From the NCBI GenBank assembly GCA_036011305.1, contig DASCNA010000095.1, positions 12,800 through 76,799 on the forward strand: 64,000 nucleotides of DNA, written 5' to 3'. The notes beneath the pieces are model-generated. The model was not told the DNA's origin. It was given only the letters and a program-made list of their open reading frames with translations, and ran no database searches. Below, in pieces: positions 1-9,006 of the stretch (position 1 is the stretch's first letter; each line of letters starts with the position of its first letter). Source of the DNA: Victivallales bacterium (GTDB taxonomy: Bacteria; Verrucomicrobiota; Lentisphaeria; Victivallales; GWF2-38-69). Made by a program: the position numbers and the translations under genes.

Positions 1-436
1 ATCTGATACCAAAACCATAACCAGGAATATCCATTGTCGCCATAGAGTCAAGAAAGCAGGCTGCCAGTCTTCCAAGTCCGCCGTTCCCCAGACCTGCGTC
101 AAATTCTTGTTCATAAATCTCTTCAATATTCATGCCTAATGTTCTTAAAAGCTGGTTTGCAGTATGCTCCATATCCAAATTATCTGCAGTATTCTGAAGA
201 GAGCGACCTATAAGAAACTCTAATGACAAATAATAAACTCTTTTACAGTTTTCTTTTTCATATTTTCTGCTGGTAGCAAGCCATTTATCCAGCAGCTTAT
301 CCCTTAATGAAACAGCCAGTACTTTGTACTTGTCATATTCATTGGCTTCAAATTTGTCTTTTCCTACTATGTGATGCAAAATGTGTTCACACAATACTTC
401 ATAGTCATACAGCTTGTGAGATTCTTTTTTGTCCAT
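1..436 (-). CDS. glgP: Glycogen/starch phosphorylase, N-terminal part (runs off the window's left edge)
   Basis: Not in the ORF track; translated by hand from ATG at 436 (GAGGT SD upstream): MDKKESH...RVYYLSLEFLIGRSL...DAGLGNGGLGRLAACFLDSMATMDIPGYGFGIR, the classic GT35 phosphorylase signatures. Confidence 0.95.
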   Translation of the reverse strand, partial: MDKKESHKLYDYEVLCEHILHHIVGKDKFEANEYDKYKVLAVSLRDKLLDKWLATSRKYEKENCKRVYYLSLEFLIGRSLQNTADNLDMEHTANQLLRTLGMNIEEIYEQEFDAGLGNGGLGRLAACFLDSMATMDIPGYGFGIR

Positions 437-519
437 AACATACCTCTTTAAATTTATTATTAATTAACATCAAATATTAAATTTTATGTAAAAAATAGTT
501 GTAGAATTATATTTTCAGC

Positions 520-3500
520 TTAATGCATCAATTTCCATATTCTGTAAAATTCAGTAATTCCCCATGCCTGAGCATCACAACCCTTTTCTTTATGAGGGAA
601 ATCACCATCAAGAATTTCCGGTAGATAATCAAGACATCCGTATTCAAATAAAAAACTGGAAGAGGATAATACGCTTATTGAATGTTCTTTGCCTTGCTGA
701 CCAAAAATTTTCATGTAAGCTTCACAATAAGATGGGAAGAGCCATGTCCATGCTGTCCCATTATGATATGCAGGCTTTCTTGTTTCATTTTCATTCCCTG
801 TATATGATCCGAAATAAGGATTGTCGGGATTATTCAATAGTTTTCCGTTATCATAAATAGGCATTTTATAAATTGTATTTCGATCAGCTAGACTCCTTAT
901 TGCTCCCGGTATTATTAATTCATAACAAATTTCAAGCATTGAAGCGGCAAGCTCTACATTGTCAATCACATTTAAAGTAATGGCTAATAGTTGGTTCGGT
1001 CTGATATGATCATCTGCACTAGAATCAGCAGCCGGGGAAAAATTTTCACAATGAAGACAGTCAGACAAGTAACGCCTACCTGTTTTAAAGCCGTTTTCAT
1101 TAACCTCATCAAATATAAAATAATCTTGTATCGATTTTTTTGTTTTTTTTGCCAATTTCTTCCATTTAGCATTAGCATCCGTTTCCGATAGAAATTCTAA
1201 AGAGTAAAACCATAAAGCTTGAATTTCTATTGGATATCCTGTTCTTGGTGTACCAGCTGGATAATTGGTATCCATCCAGGTAAAATGAGATGGGCTGAAT
1301 ACAAGATTACTTGTTTTATCTACTTGTATACCATTTGGGGTTCCAGCTATATATCCTTCAGCAAGTAGAATTAGGGAATCAAGAAGAGTTTTGTTTTCAT
1401 TAACTTTTTCTGATAATATATTGTTGTTTCCTGCTTTTATGCAATAATCTTTGCATACAGCAAAAAGCCATAATTGAGCATCTGAAGTATCTCTATTACC
1501 GACAGTTGAGCCATGAATTGTATTTGGGAGAGTGCCATTCTCAATAAATTTAGCAAACAGAAGTATAATTTTTTTAACATCTTTTAATTTGCCTGCGGTA
1601 ATTAACCCTCGCGCGCATATTAAAGTATCTCTACCCCAATCCAGGAACCAAGGATACCCGGCAATTACTGTTTTTAAACTATCCCTTTTAACTATGAATG
1701 CGTCAATACTTCTTAACAGTACTTTTTCTATAGAAATATCTGCCGCGACCGATAAATATTTATTATTAATGTGATCTCTAAAGTCAAGTTTCTTTTTCTC
1801 TTTATCAGTATTTACCTGAGCAATTACTTCAATCTGCTCTCCACCTATTAGATCAATACTGAAGTAACCCGGACTGAATAAATCGCCAGTACTGTCCATT
1901 CCTCTTTCTGACTCAATTTTATGATAAATTGAATATTTGTATTCGGGGTTTATTTTGAAATCTCCTTTAGTCCCCAGCATGGTCAGTGATCTGTCATTTG
2001 AAGGCGTAAACGTAAAACCTTTATCAAATCCAGAAACAGATTTCTCCCATTTGTTTTTTAAATCATCATTTAACTTTGTTTCTTCATGGAAACACCTGTC
2101 TTCTATATCAGGTCTCAATATTAAATGAATATCAGTAGTATCATCTAATAAATGGTCCTTGTTATCTGTGTTATGTCTAATAATATTCAATCTTACTAAA
2201 TTATATCCTTTATGCATTATCATACTTATGCTTAAATCAGTGTATAACCCATTGCCTATGGGGATATGAAAATTCCAAGTTCCGCCACCGTCAACATTAA
2301 TATGAAAATTAGTTAAATTATCAATTTTTAATTCTGTAGATCTGCCTTGATAAAGAATCCAGGTTCTGCATCTGGTAAACATGATATGTCTGTCAACAGG
2401 AACTTTTGGATCCAGGTTTGTAGCAAGGAATGCATCATATTTGCTGTTTATTTCACCCCATGCAACACTTGTATGTATCATTCCACCCCTTTGATTGCCA
2501 TTGAAGAAGACGCTGTTATTATGTATCACTTCAGGATGTGTTAAGAGCGTTTTGATACTGGATATATCTTTTGCTAAATATAAAACTTCAGATTCACCTT
2601 TATGGCATTTGTTAGAAGTAAAAACTGATATTTCAATATTAAAAGTTCTATGTCCATTTGATTTAATTTTAGGAGGTATAATTAAAACAATGTATTTTCC
2701 ATTTGAGCAAGCTAGACCATCAGTATGTACAATTACCTGTTTGTTCTTCAAAAGAGAAATTCTAAATCTGTATGGAGTTGTTATCATCAAAATATGATTA
2801 TGAGGGATGATAACTTTTCGCTTTAAATCTATTGGCCAGTTCCACTTGGTAACCGGTATTGGAGATTTGGAAGGATATAAATTTTTAATAAATTCATATG
2901 GGTTTTCCAGAAGACGTTTTTCAATGTTTTCAATATCAATATCGGAAACAATATTTGTCCCGTTTTTCCATGACAAAATACTTAAAGCACATGCTTTCGC
3001 TCTTTGTTTCACAATTTTATCTGGCCTTAAAGTATTTTTTATTTCATTTTCGCGTATCATTACTAAATCGGACTGTTTAGGTGATAAACAGAGTGCTTGA
3101 CCTGGACAAAGCTGTAATGAATATGTTTGTTGGTTAAGAACTATTTTTCTATCAGCGATTAGATCGTAAACAGGTTCTTTGCAGAAATCAGAAAGATCAA
3201 GTGACTTGAAATCCAGATCAGAAGAATTTTTACAATCCAGATTAATAAGAATGAGCAATTGTCCTTTTCTGTCTTCATTGAAACGTTTAACAGCTAAAAT
3301 ATTTTCATGACCACTCTCAAAAAATATTATCTTAGCTCCATTATAAAAACATTGATGAGCGATGAGAATTATATTTAATCTGGATATTTGTTCTATCTGA
3401 TTGACTTTACAACCCCAGTTTAATGCACTGGATTCATGAACATCTATTTTTTCCTGAGCGAACCATTCTACTCCGTTTGTAAATCCAAAACTTCCATTAT

Positions 3501-4824
3501 CCGATAACAGTGCAGATAAACTTGTTCTCATTTTAGAATAAGTATTTGAAGTAGATGCAAGTCTATTGTTATCATGAGTTTCGGCATAATGAACCATTAA
3601 ACCGTTTTCCAGGCTGATTTTATGGGAAGTGGATATATAAGATTCAATTTGAGATTTTGAATAATTTTGAAAAAGTTCTGAATATGCCCAGTCCATATTT
3701 GCTCTGTTCAGCAAGTCAATAGTTATTTTAGGGTCGCCGCCAAGTCCTTCAAGAAGAAAGATGGTACTGCAGTACTGTGACCTGACTTTTGCTATAATAT
3801 ACTCCCATGCCTCAAATGGTATCATGTATCCGGCATCACACCTAAAACCATCTACACCTCTTGATGACCATGTTATGAACATATCTGCTAAATATTCACA
3901 CAAACGCTGGTGAGTATGATCAAGCTTAGTTAAGTAACCCCATGTTACGCCCCAGACTCCAGGAGATATAATGGTACCATCTTCATCTCTAACTAACCAT
4001 TCAGGATGTTCTTCGTGTATTTTTGCCGCCCATCCAGTATGGTTAATAGCTACATCAATGATGACTTTTGCATCTCTTGAATGTATTGCATCAACAAGTT
4101 CTTCAAATTGTTCCAAGGGAGTTGCTTTCTTATCAAATTCAGCTAAAGAGGGATCTATATCGGTAAAATCCAGTGATGCATAGGGACTGCCGAAACGTCC
4201 CATTCTGCCATAGACAGTAGGGGTGGGATTAACGGGGAGCAAGTGTATGATTCTACAGTTAAGTTTGTCTATTATAAAATCAAGCTCTTTTATCAAATCT
4301 CTGAAAGTACCTGATGGAGGTATAATTGTAAATCCTTCTTTGTCAAACTTGAGCATATCGTCATTTGTGAGTCCTTCGACAGGCTTTGAGAACATATAGT
4401 TTTTGTTTGATCCAAACTGTCTTGGGAATGCGCAGTATATACTGTTAGCACAGCAAAATTGAGCAGGTTCTACGTTAATATTAATATTATCGCATCCAGG
4501 CCAGAGCGGTTCAAGTTCATCTTCTTTTAAAAAAAAAGTCATGGCTGAAAAATGACCTACTTCAAGAAGCGCCAGCGTAATAGAGAATTCCGTATCTGAA
4601 CGTTTAATTAACGGAATATCATGCCAGTCCTGACCGCTTACTGAACGTTTTGAATGCACATGTTTGATAATCTCTTTTCTTCGAGTAACTGCTCGTCCTA
4701 AGTTTGTTCTTAAAAATGCTTTACCTTTTGTAGGTTCTGAAATTTGAAGGCAAAATTGAATAGAGTCTCCCCTAAAGTATAATCTACAACACCCTACATC
4801 AGGATTCTGTGTTAATTTAACCAT
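520..4824 (-). CDS. Bifunctional glycogen debranching enzyme (GH13 domain + amylo-alpha-1,6-glucosidase GDE_N/GDE_C)
   Basis: GH13 regions DVAINHTG, GFRCDAGY, LLEGLG, ETHDN; C-terminal IAGYPWFLDWGRDT, TWMD, YHNGTAWTW, GCDAQAW; directly upstream of glgP. Confidence 0.9.
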   Translation of the reverse strand: MVKLTQNPDVGCCRLYFRGDSIQFCLQISEPTKGKAFLRTNLGRAVTRRKEIIKHVHSKRSVSGQDWHDIPLIKRSDTEFSITLALLEVGHFSAMTFFLKEDELEPLWPGCDNININVEPAQFCCANSIYCAFPRQFGSNKNYMFSKPVEGLTNDDMLKFDKEGFTIIPPSGTFRDLIKELDFIIDKLNCRIIHLLPVNPTPTVYGRMGRFGSPYASLDFTDIDPSLAEFDKKATPLEQFEELVDAIHSRDAKVIIDVAINHTGWAAKIHEEHPEWLVRDEDGTIISPGVWGVTWGYLTKLDHTHQRLCEYLADMFITWSSRGVDGFRCDAGYMIPFEAWEYIIAKVRSQYCSTIFLLEGLGGDPKITIDLLNRANMDWAYSELFQNYSKSQIESYISTSHKISLENGLMVHYAETHDNNRLASTSNTYSKMRTSLSALLSDNGSFGFTNGVEWFAQEKIDVHESSALNWGCKVNQIEQISRLNIILIAHQCFYNGAKIIFFESGHENILAVKRFNEDRKGQLLILINLDCKNSSDLDFKSLDLSDFCKEPVYDLIADRKIVLNQQTYSLQLCPGQALCLSPKQSDLVMIRENEIKNTLRPDKIVKQRAKACALSILSWKNGTNIVSDIDIENIEKRLLENPYEFIKNLYPSKSPIPVTKWNWPIDLKRKVIIPHNHILMITTPYRFRISLLKNKQVIVHTDGLACSNGKYIVLIIPPKIKSNGHRTFNIEISVFTSNKCHKGESEVLYLAKDISSIKTLLTHPEVIHNNSVFFNGNQRGGMIHTSVAWGEINSKYDAFLATNLDPKVPVDRHIMFTRCRTWILYQGRSTELKIDNLTNFHINVDGGGTWNFHIPIGNGLYTDLSISMIMHKGYNLVRLNIIRHNTDNKDHLLDDTTDIHLILRPDIEDRCFHEETKLNDDLKNKWEKSVSGFDKGFTFTPSNDRSLTMLGTKGDFKINPEYKYSIYHKIESERGMDSTGDLFSPGYFSIDLIGGEQIEVIAQVNTDKEKKKLDFRDHINNKYLSVAADISIEKVLLRSIDAFIVKRDSLKTVIAGYPWFLDWGRDTLICARGLITAGKLKDVKKIILLFAKFIENGTLPNTIHGSTVGNRDTSDAQLWLFAVCKDYCIKAGNNNILSEKVNENKTLLDSLILLAEGYIAGTPNGIQVDKTSNLVFSPSHFTWMDTNYPAGTPRTGYPIEIQALWFYSLEFLSETDANAKWKKLAKKTKKSIQDYFIFDEVNENGFKTGRRYLSDCLHCENFSPAADSSADDHIRPNQLLAITLNVIDNVELAASMLEICYELIIPGAIRSLADRNTIYKMPIYDNGKLLNNPDNPYFGSYTGNENETRKPAYHNGTAWTWLFPSYCEAYMKIFGQQGKEHSISVLSSSSFLFEYGCLDYLPEILDGDFPHKEKGCDAQAWGITEFYRIWKLMH

Positions 4825-5173
4825 AAGAATTCCTCTAATATATATAATTTATGAGCAGAATATTTATTTTATTTTATCATAATAGTTAAAATTATTAGAT
4901 AGCTTAATAAAAAAAATATAGAGCAAAAAACAATAATTTTTGATAAATAACAAAGACATAGAATTTCATCAAACAATTTGTACATAGATGATAATTTAAA
5001 TTTTATAGTGAAAAATTAATTCAATTAGTGTAAAATTTTATATTAACAAAAGATATCATTAATGTATACTGCAATGATTATGTATTTTATTAACATTAAA
5101 AAATTATTAATTGCAAACATAAACTGATTCTCATTTGCACAAAATCGGCATTAACAAAAGGAGAAGTAGACAT

Positions 5174-5587
5174 ATGGATAAAGAGAATGGAAAGGAGAAA
5201 CATATTTTAACGAAGCCTGATGGTGAACTTGTAATTAGAACAATTGCAATGCCCAGAGATACTAATCCGACAGGTGATATTTTTGGTGGTTGGCTTCTGT
5301 CTCAAATGGACATTGGCGGGCTTATTGCAGCAACAGAAATAGCTAAAGGAAGAACTACTACTGTTGCAATTAATGCCATGAGATTTTGGAACCCTGTACA
5401 TGTCGGAGATATTATCTGCATCCACGCTGCACTGAAAAGAGTTGGCAGAACATCAATAACTTTTTTAATAAATGCATGGGCAGTAGAACAGTATTCAAAA
5501 AAAGAAAAACATCTTGTAACTGAGGCTGAATATACATATGTATCTATAGATTCAGATGGAAGACCAACAGAAATTAATAAGAGCTAA
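5174..5587 (+). CDS. yciA: Acyl-CoA thioesterase, YciA/hotdog family
   Basis: AMPRDTNPTGDIFGGWLLSQMDIGG and VGRTS motifs; ATG at 5174 after GGAG is preferred to the TTG at 5135. Confidence 0.88.
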   Translation: MDKENGKEKHILTKPDGELVIRTIAMPRDTNPTGDIFGGWLLSQMDIGGLIAATEIAKGRTTTVAINAMRFWNPVHVGDIICIHAALKRVGRTSITFLINAWAVEQYSKKEKHLVTEAEYTYVSIDSDGRPTEINKS

Positions 5588-5651
5588 GAATAATAAAATA
5601 TAATTTCTTCCTTATTTTCTATATTGATCTTCATGTAATTAATTTGGTCAA

Positions 5652-5840
5652 CTCCCAATTTGACTGGGAGACTTAACAAAGTTTGATTTCTGCTTAAAGG
5701 GATAACACCAATGGACGATAAGATATTCTCACATACTAAATGTGAATGCAAATATCATGTAGTATTCATCCTTAGCTATAGAAAGAAGCTGTTTTAGAGT
5801 CAATTATGCAGCTATGTTAGAAATATATTGAAAATGAAGG
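5652..5840 (+). mobile_element. tnpA: Degenerate IS200/IS605-family element (left-end hairpin + tnpA fragment)
   Basis: Hairpin CTCCCA-atttgac-TGGGAG at 5652-5670; ATG 5711 gives MDDKIFSHTKCECKYHVVFILSYRKKLF* (5797), matching the IS200 TnpA N-terminus SHTKWECKYHVVFIPKYRRK; a frameshifted YIENE-like C-terminal trace follows. Confidence 0.8.
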
Positions 5841-6084
5841 TATGTCTAAAAAAACGTTAAATATAGGAATTCATTTTCCTCAAACCAAGGTGTTTATTAA
5901 ATGCTCTTTATTATAAACATTAAGCTTTGATATTGAGTTTTTTGCCTGAACCATTTACTGATTTATTATCAGGCAATTCGATTTATCCCTTAAACTAATA
6001 GGGGGTCTGTGTATAAACTGACAAAACGGTTCGCTTTTTTGAACATTTAGTTTCAAAAACAGTCTATTATTGTTTTCTAATATT

Positions 6085-7899
6085 TTAGTTATCTGAATAT
6101 TTAATAGATATCTGCTTAAACTTATTTTCTACTTTTAGGAATGCATCAACTACAACAGGATCAAAATGTTTACCTTTTTCGTTTATTATAATATTTCTAG
6201 CTTTCTCATGAGTAAATGCTTCTTTATATATACGTTTTGAAGTTAATGCATCGTATACATCAGCTACTGCCATTAATCTTGCAGAGAATGGTATTTTTTC
6301 TCCTTTTAATCCACTTGGATATCCAGTACCATCCCATTTTTCATGATGGCAGTATACTATATCCAAAGCATGTCGAATAAAAGAATTTTTCTCTACTTGA
6401 TATTTTTTTGTTTTTAGAATATCTCTGCCAATTTCTGTATGTTTTTTCATTATACTGAATTCTTTTGAAGTAAGTTCGCCTGGTTTTAGTAATATTGAAT
6501 CAGGGATACCCACTTTACCTATATCATGTAGTGGTGCTGCTTTTATAATGCTAGTAAGATTCTTTCTATCTAATAATAAGTGATATTTATTATTTTTACT
6601 TAATTCAATTCCTAAATTCTTTATATAATATTTTGTCCTTCGAATATGAAAACCTGAATCATTATCTCTGTGTTCAATAATATTAGCTAAACGTTCAACA
6701 GTAATATCCCTAATTACCTGAGTATCTAATTCCGCAGCTATTCTTCGTTTGATTTCTTTATTTAAAGCATCACGTGATGCTGTAGTCTGTTGTAGTTTTT
6801 TTAACATTTCCTCAAAAGGAATTGATAATTGAGCAATTTCATTACTAGATTTCATGTCGAATTTATAATTCAAATTGCCTGTTGTTACAAATTCTATTCC
6901 TTTTTTTAATTTTTTTATAGGTATAACTATTGAGTTTGATAATAATATTCCAATAAGAAGTATAATAGCTAAAGTAATTAGGCCCATTAGCAAAATATAT
7001 CTCCACCAATAATTGAGATATCTATATGCCTCATCTTGTGATTGTTCAGCTACAAGTATCCACTTAATAGAATTATACTTGAATATCATTGAAGCACCCA
7101 CTACTCCTACTCCATTATAATCTTTCCAACTTCCACTGACTTCTCTGTTTGTGCTGATTCCAATTTTTACAGGATATAAACTGGTTATCTGATTAGAAGG
7201 TAATTTTTTGATACTATTAGATATTATTATTCCGTCTGAATTAGTAAGATAAATATTCACACTTTTGTCAAGTTTACCACTCTGTGTTTGGGCTCCCAAT
7301 TTTAATGCTGTAGTTCCAGTTAAAATGTCAATAATTCCCTGCATTTTGTAATGAATAACAATTGTTCCAATTCTTTGTAGTGGTTTGTTAACCTTAGTAA
7401 GAGGAACTGCAATATCCATATCAACAATACCACTTTTCCCCTTGTATAAATCTGAGAAGAAGATTCTCTCATTACCTGTAACACTTCTATTCTTTTGTTT
7501 TGAATAATTATCTATGTTTTTTTTACAGGTAGTAACTATCAATTTATTTTGAATATCAAAAATACTAACACCATTAAGGTTTATATCCAGTGATTTTTTG
7601 TTAATTAATAAATGATGCTTTAATTTTTGTTTTAATTCTTCTTTGTCATCGTTTTGTGTAATAGATGTTAAAGTTTTTCTTATATAACCATCAGAACTAA
7701 AATCAATTGCTCTGGTTTTTAAGGAATTGAAATATAATAAAATTTCTGCTTCTTTAGAGTCTACAAATAGTGTCAGTTGAGCTATTGCTTGTTTTTTTAT
7801 TAACTCTTTTCCAAAATAATAGGTAAAAATATTAATGATACTCATAGGAATAACAAGAACCAAAAGTACTAATAATAGAATTTCTATTTTTATTTTCAT
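6085..7899 (-). CDS. Membrane sensor HD-GYP c-di-GMP phosphodiesterase (TM-Cache-TM-HAMP-HD-GYP)
   Basis: Two TM segments, HAMP (PIKKLKKG...NEIAQL), HDIGKVGIPDSILLKPG, HHEKWDGTGYP, ADVYDALTSKRIYK. Confidence 0.92.
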   Translation of the reverse strand: MKIKIEILLLVLLVLVIPMSIINIFTYYFGKELIKKQAIAQLTLFVDSKEAEILLYFNSLKTRAIDFSSDGYIRKTLTSITQNDDKEELKQKLKHHLLINKKSLDINLNGVSIFDIQNKLIVTTCKKNIDNYSKQKNRSVTGNERIFFSDLYKGKSGIVDMDIAVPLTKVNKPLQRIGTIVIHYKMQGIIDILTGTTALKLGAQTQSGKLDKSVNIYLTNSDGIIISNSIKKLPSNQITSLYPVKIGISTNREVSGSWKDYNGVGVVGASMIFKYNSIKWILVAEQSQDEAYRYLNYWWRYILLMGLITLAIILLIGILLSNSIVIPIKKLKKGIEFVTTGNLNYKFDMKSSNEIAQLSIPFEEMLKKLQQTTASRDALNKEIKRRIAAELDTQVIRDITVERLANIIEHRDNDSGFHIRRTKYYIKNLGIELSKNNKYHLLLDRKNLTSIIKAAPLHDIGKVGIPDSILLKPGELTSKEFSIMKKHTEIGRDILKTKKYQVEKNSFIRHALDIVYCHHEKWDGTGYPSGLKGEKIPFSARLMAVADVYDALTSKRIYKEAFTHEKARNIIINEKGKHFDPVVVDAFLKVENKFKQISIKYSDN

Positions 7900-7901
7900 A
7901 T

Positions 7902-8162
7902 TTACGTAGGAAAAATATATGATTTTGCTAGGTTGCGGCCATTCGATTTTGCCTTATATAAGGCTTCATTCGCATAGTTAATAACATCTTTTGTCGATAA
8001 AGTTTTATTTGTAGTAATAGAGGCTATACCAAAGCTCAGAGTAAGATATTTTGAAACCTTTGAATTGATATGTTCTATTTTTCTTTCTCGTATATTTTTT
8101 TGAATATTATCGATAATGGTAAGGGCACCGAAATTATTTGTATTAGGTAAAATAAAGACAAA
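7902..8162 (-). pseudogene. Diguanylate cyclase (GGDEF) C-terminal remnant
   Basis: Hand translation: FVFILPNT...IEHINSKVSKYLTLSFGIAS...YANEALYKAKSNGRN...*; begins right after a TAA at 8163-8165 and ends 2 nt before the HD-GYP ATG. Confidence 0.85.
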
Positions 8163-8209
8163 TTAGCACTTTAAGTTCACATAGGAATGCTAATTTGACT
8201 TATATTATT

Positions 8210-8689
8210 CTATTTAATAGAAAAATTAATCAAAGGAAAAGCCGGTAGAAAACCATTCTCTAGTTCACACCACAAACCAATTTGAAGTTGATATGATTTT
8301 TTAGTTCCAATATTAACCAAGCCTATTTGAGTCCCTGATGTATTTTCACCTGCATTCCATAATCCTATTTGGGCACCTACAGTGCCTTTGGTGACATTGT
8401 AAAAACTAGTTTGAAGTCCATATACATTATTAGTATAACTTACACAACCTAAGTCAAGACCTGCCACATAATTATCTACGCTGCCGTAATTGCCTACTCC
8501 TAAAGTCATTCCCCATACATTAGCTTCTGATGGCCACCCAATATCAGGCCACCAACATAATTTTACAGGAGTTATTATAGTTGACTTAGCTTCAGATTTT
8601 TCTGCTGCTTGATTTGCAAATACAGCTGTCCCGCATACTGTTAAGAAGACGACAAGCAACATCTTTAACATCATTTTCTTTCCTTTCAC
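8210..8689 (-). CDS. Secreted/outer-membrane protein with G-x-Q-I-G-L-x-N repeats (LA_2272-like)
   Basis: Signal peptide (AVFA), repeats GAQIGLWN, GTQIGLVN, QLQIGLW, C-terminal FPLINF; strong AGGAGG SD. Confidence 0.7.
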   Translation of the reverse strand: MKGKKMMLKMLLVVFLTVCGTAVFANQAAEKSEAKSTIITPVKLCWWPDIGWPSEANVWGMTLGVGNYGSVDNYVAGLDLGCVSYTNNVYGLQTSFYNVTKGTVGAQIGLWNAGENTSGTQIGLVNIGTKKSYQLQIGLWCELENGFLPAFPLINFSIK

Positions 8690-8777
8690 AATCTCACCCT
8701 CCTTTTTTGTTTGATTACTACACGTGAATACAAATATCGTATTCTAGTCGAATGTCTTTAGCGTGTATACTTTATCA

Positions 8778-8806
8778 AGTATATCAAGAATAAACTTTAA
8801 TGTCAA
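8778..8806 (-). promoter_or_regulatory. Sigma70-type promoter for the 8210-8689 gene
   Basis: Minus strand TTGACA-17 nt-TATACT. Confidence 0.7.
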
Positions 8807-9006
8807 TTTTTATATCGTACGGTGTTATAATTGAGTCTCTATTTCAGAGTACATAATTGTATGTCTACCAATATACTCTAAACATAACTATTGAGGTTAA
8901 CGCATATTGAATTATGAGAAAAACTTACACAAAAAAACACACTCATAACAAACTCTAAGATAGTTTCAAAAGAATATATATTTATTGGCGAATAATATTG
9001 TTATTC

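Noticed and set aside
564-4183. Many short antisense or overlapping ORFs inside the debranching gene (and likewise inside pgi, secDF, fusA, the CehA-like gene)
   Set aside because: Shadow frames of well-supported genes with no motifs or SD sites
4529-4538. A10 homopolymer in the debranching gene as a phase-variation site
   Set aside because: The frame is intact and such runs are expected in DNA this AT-rich
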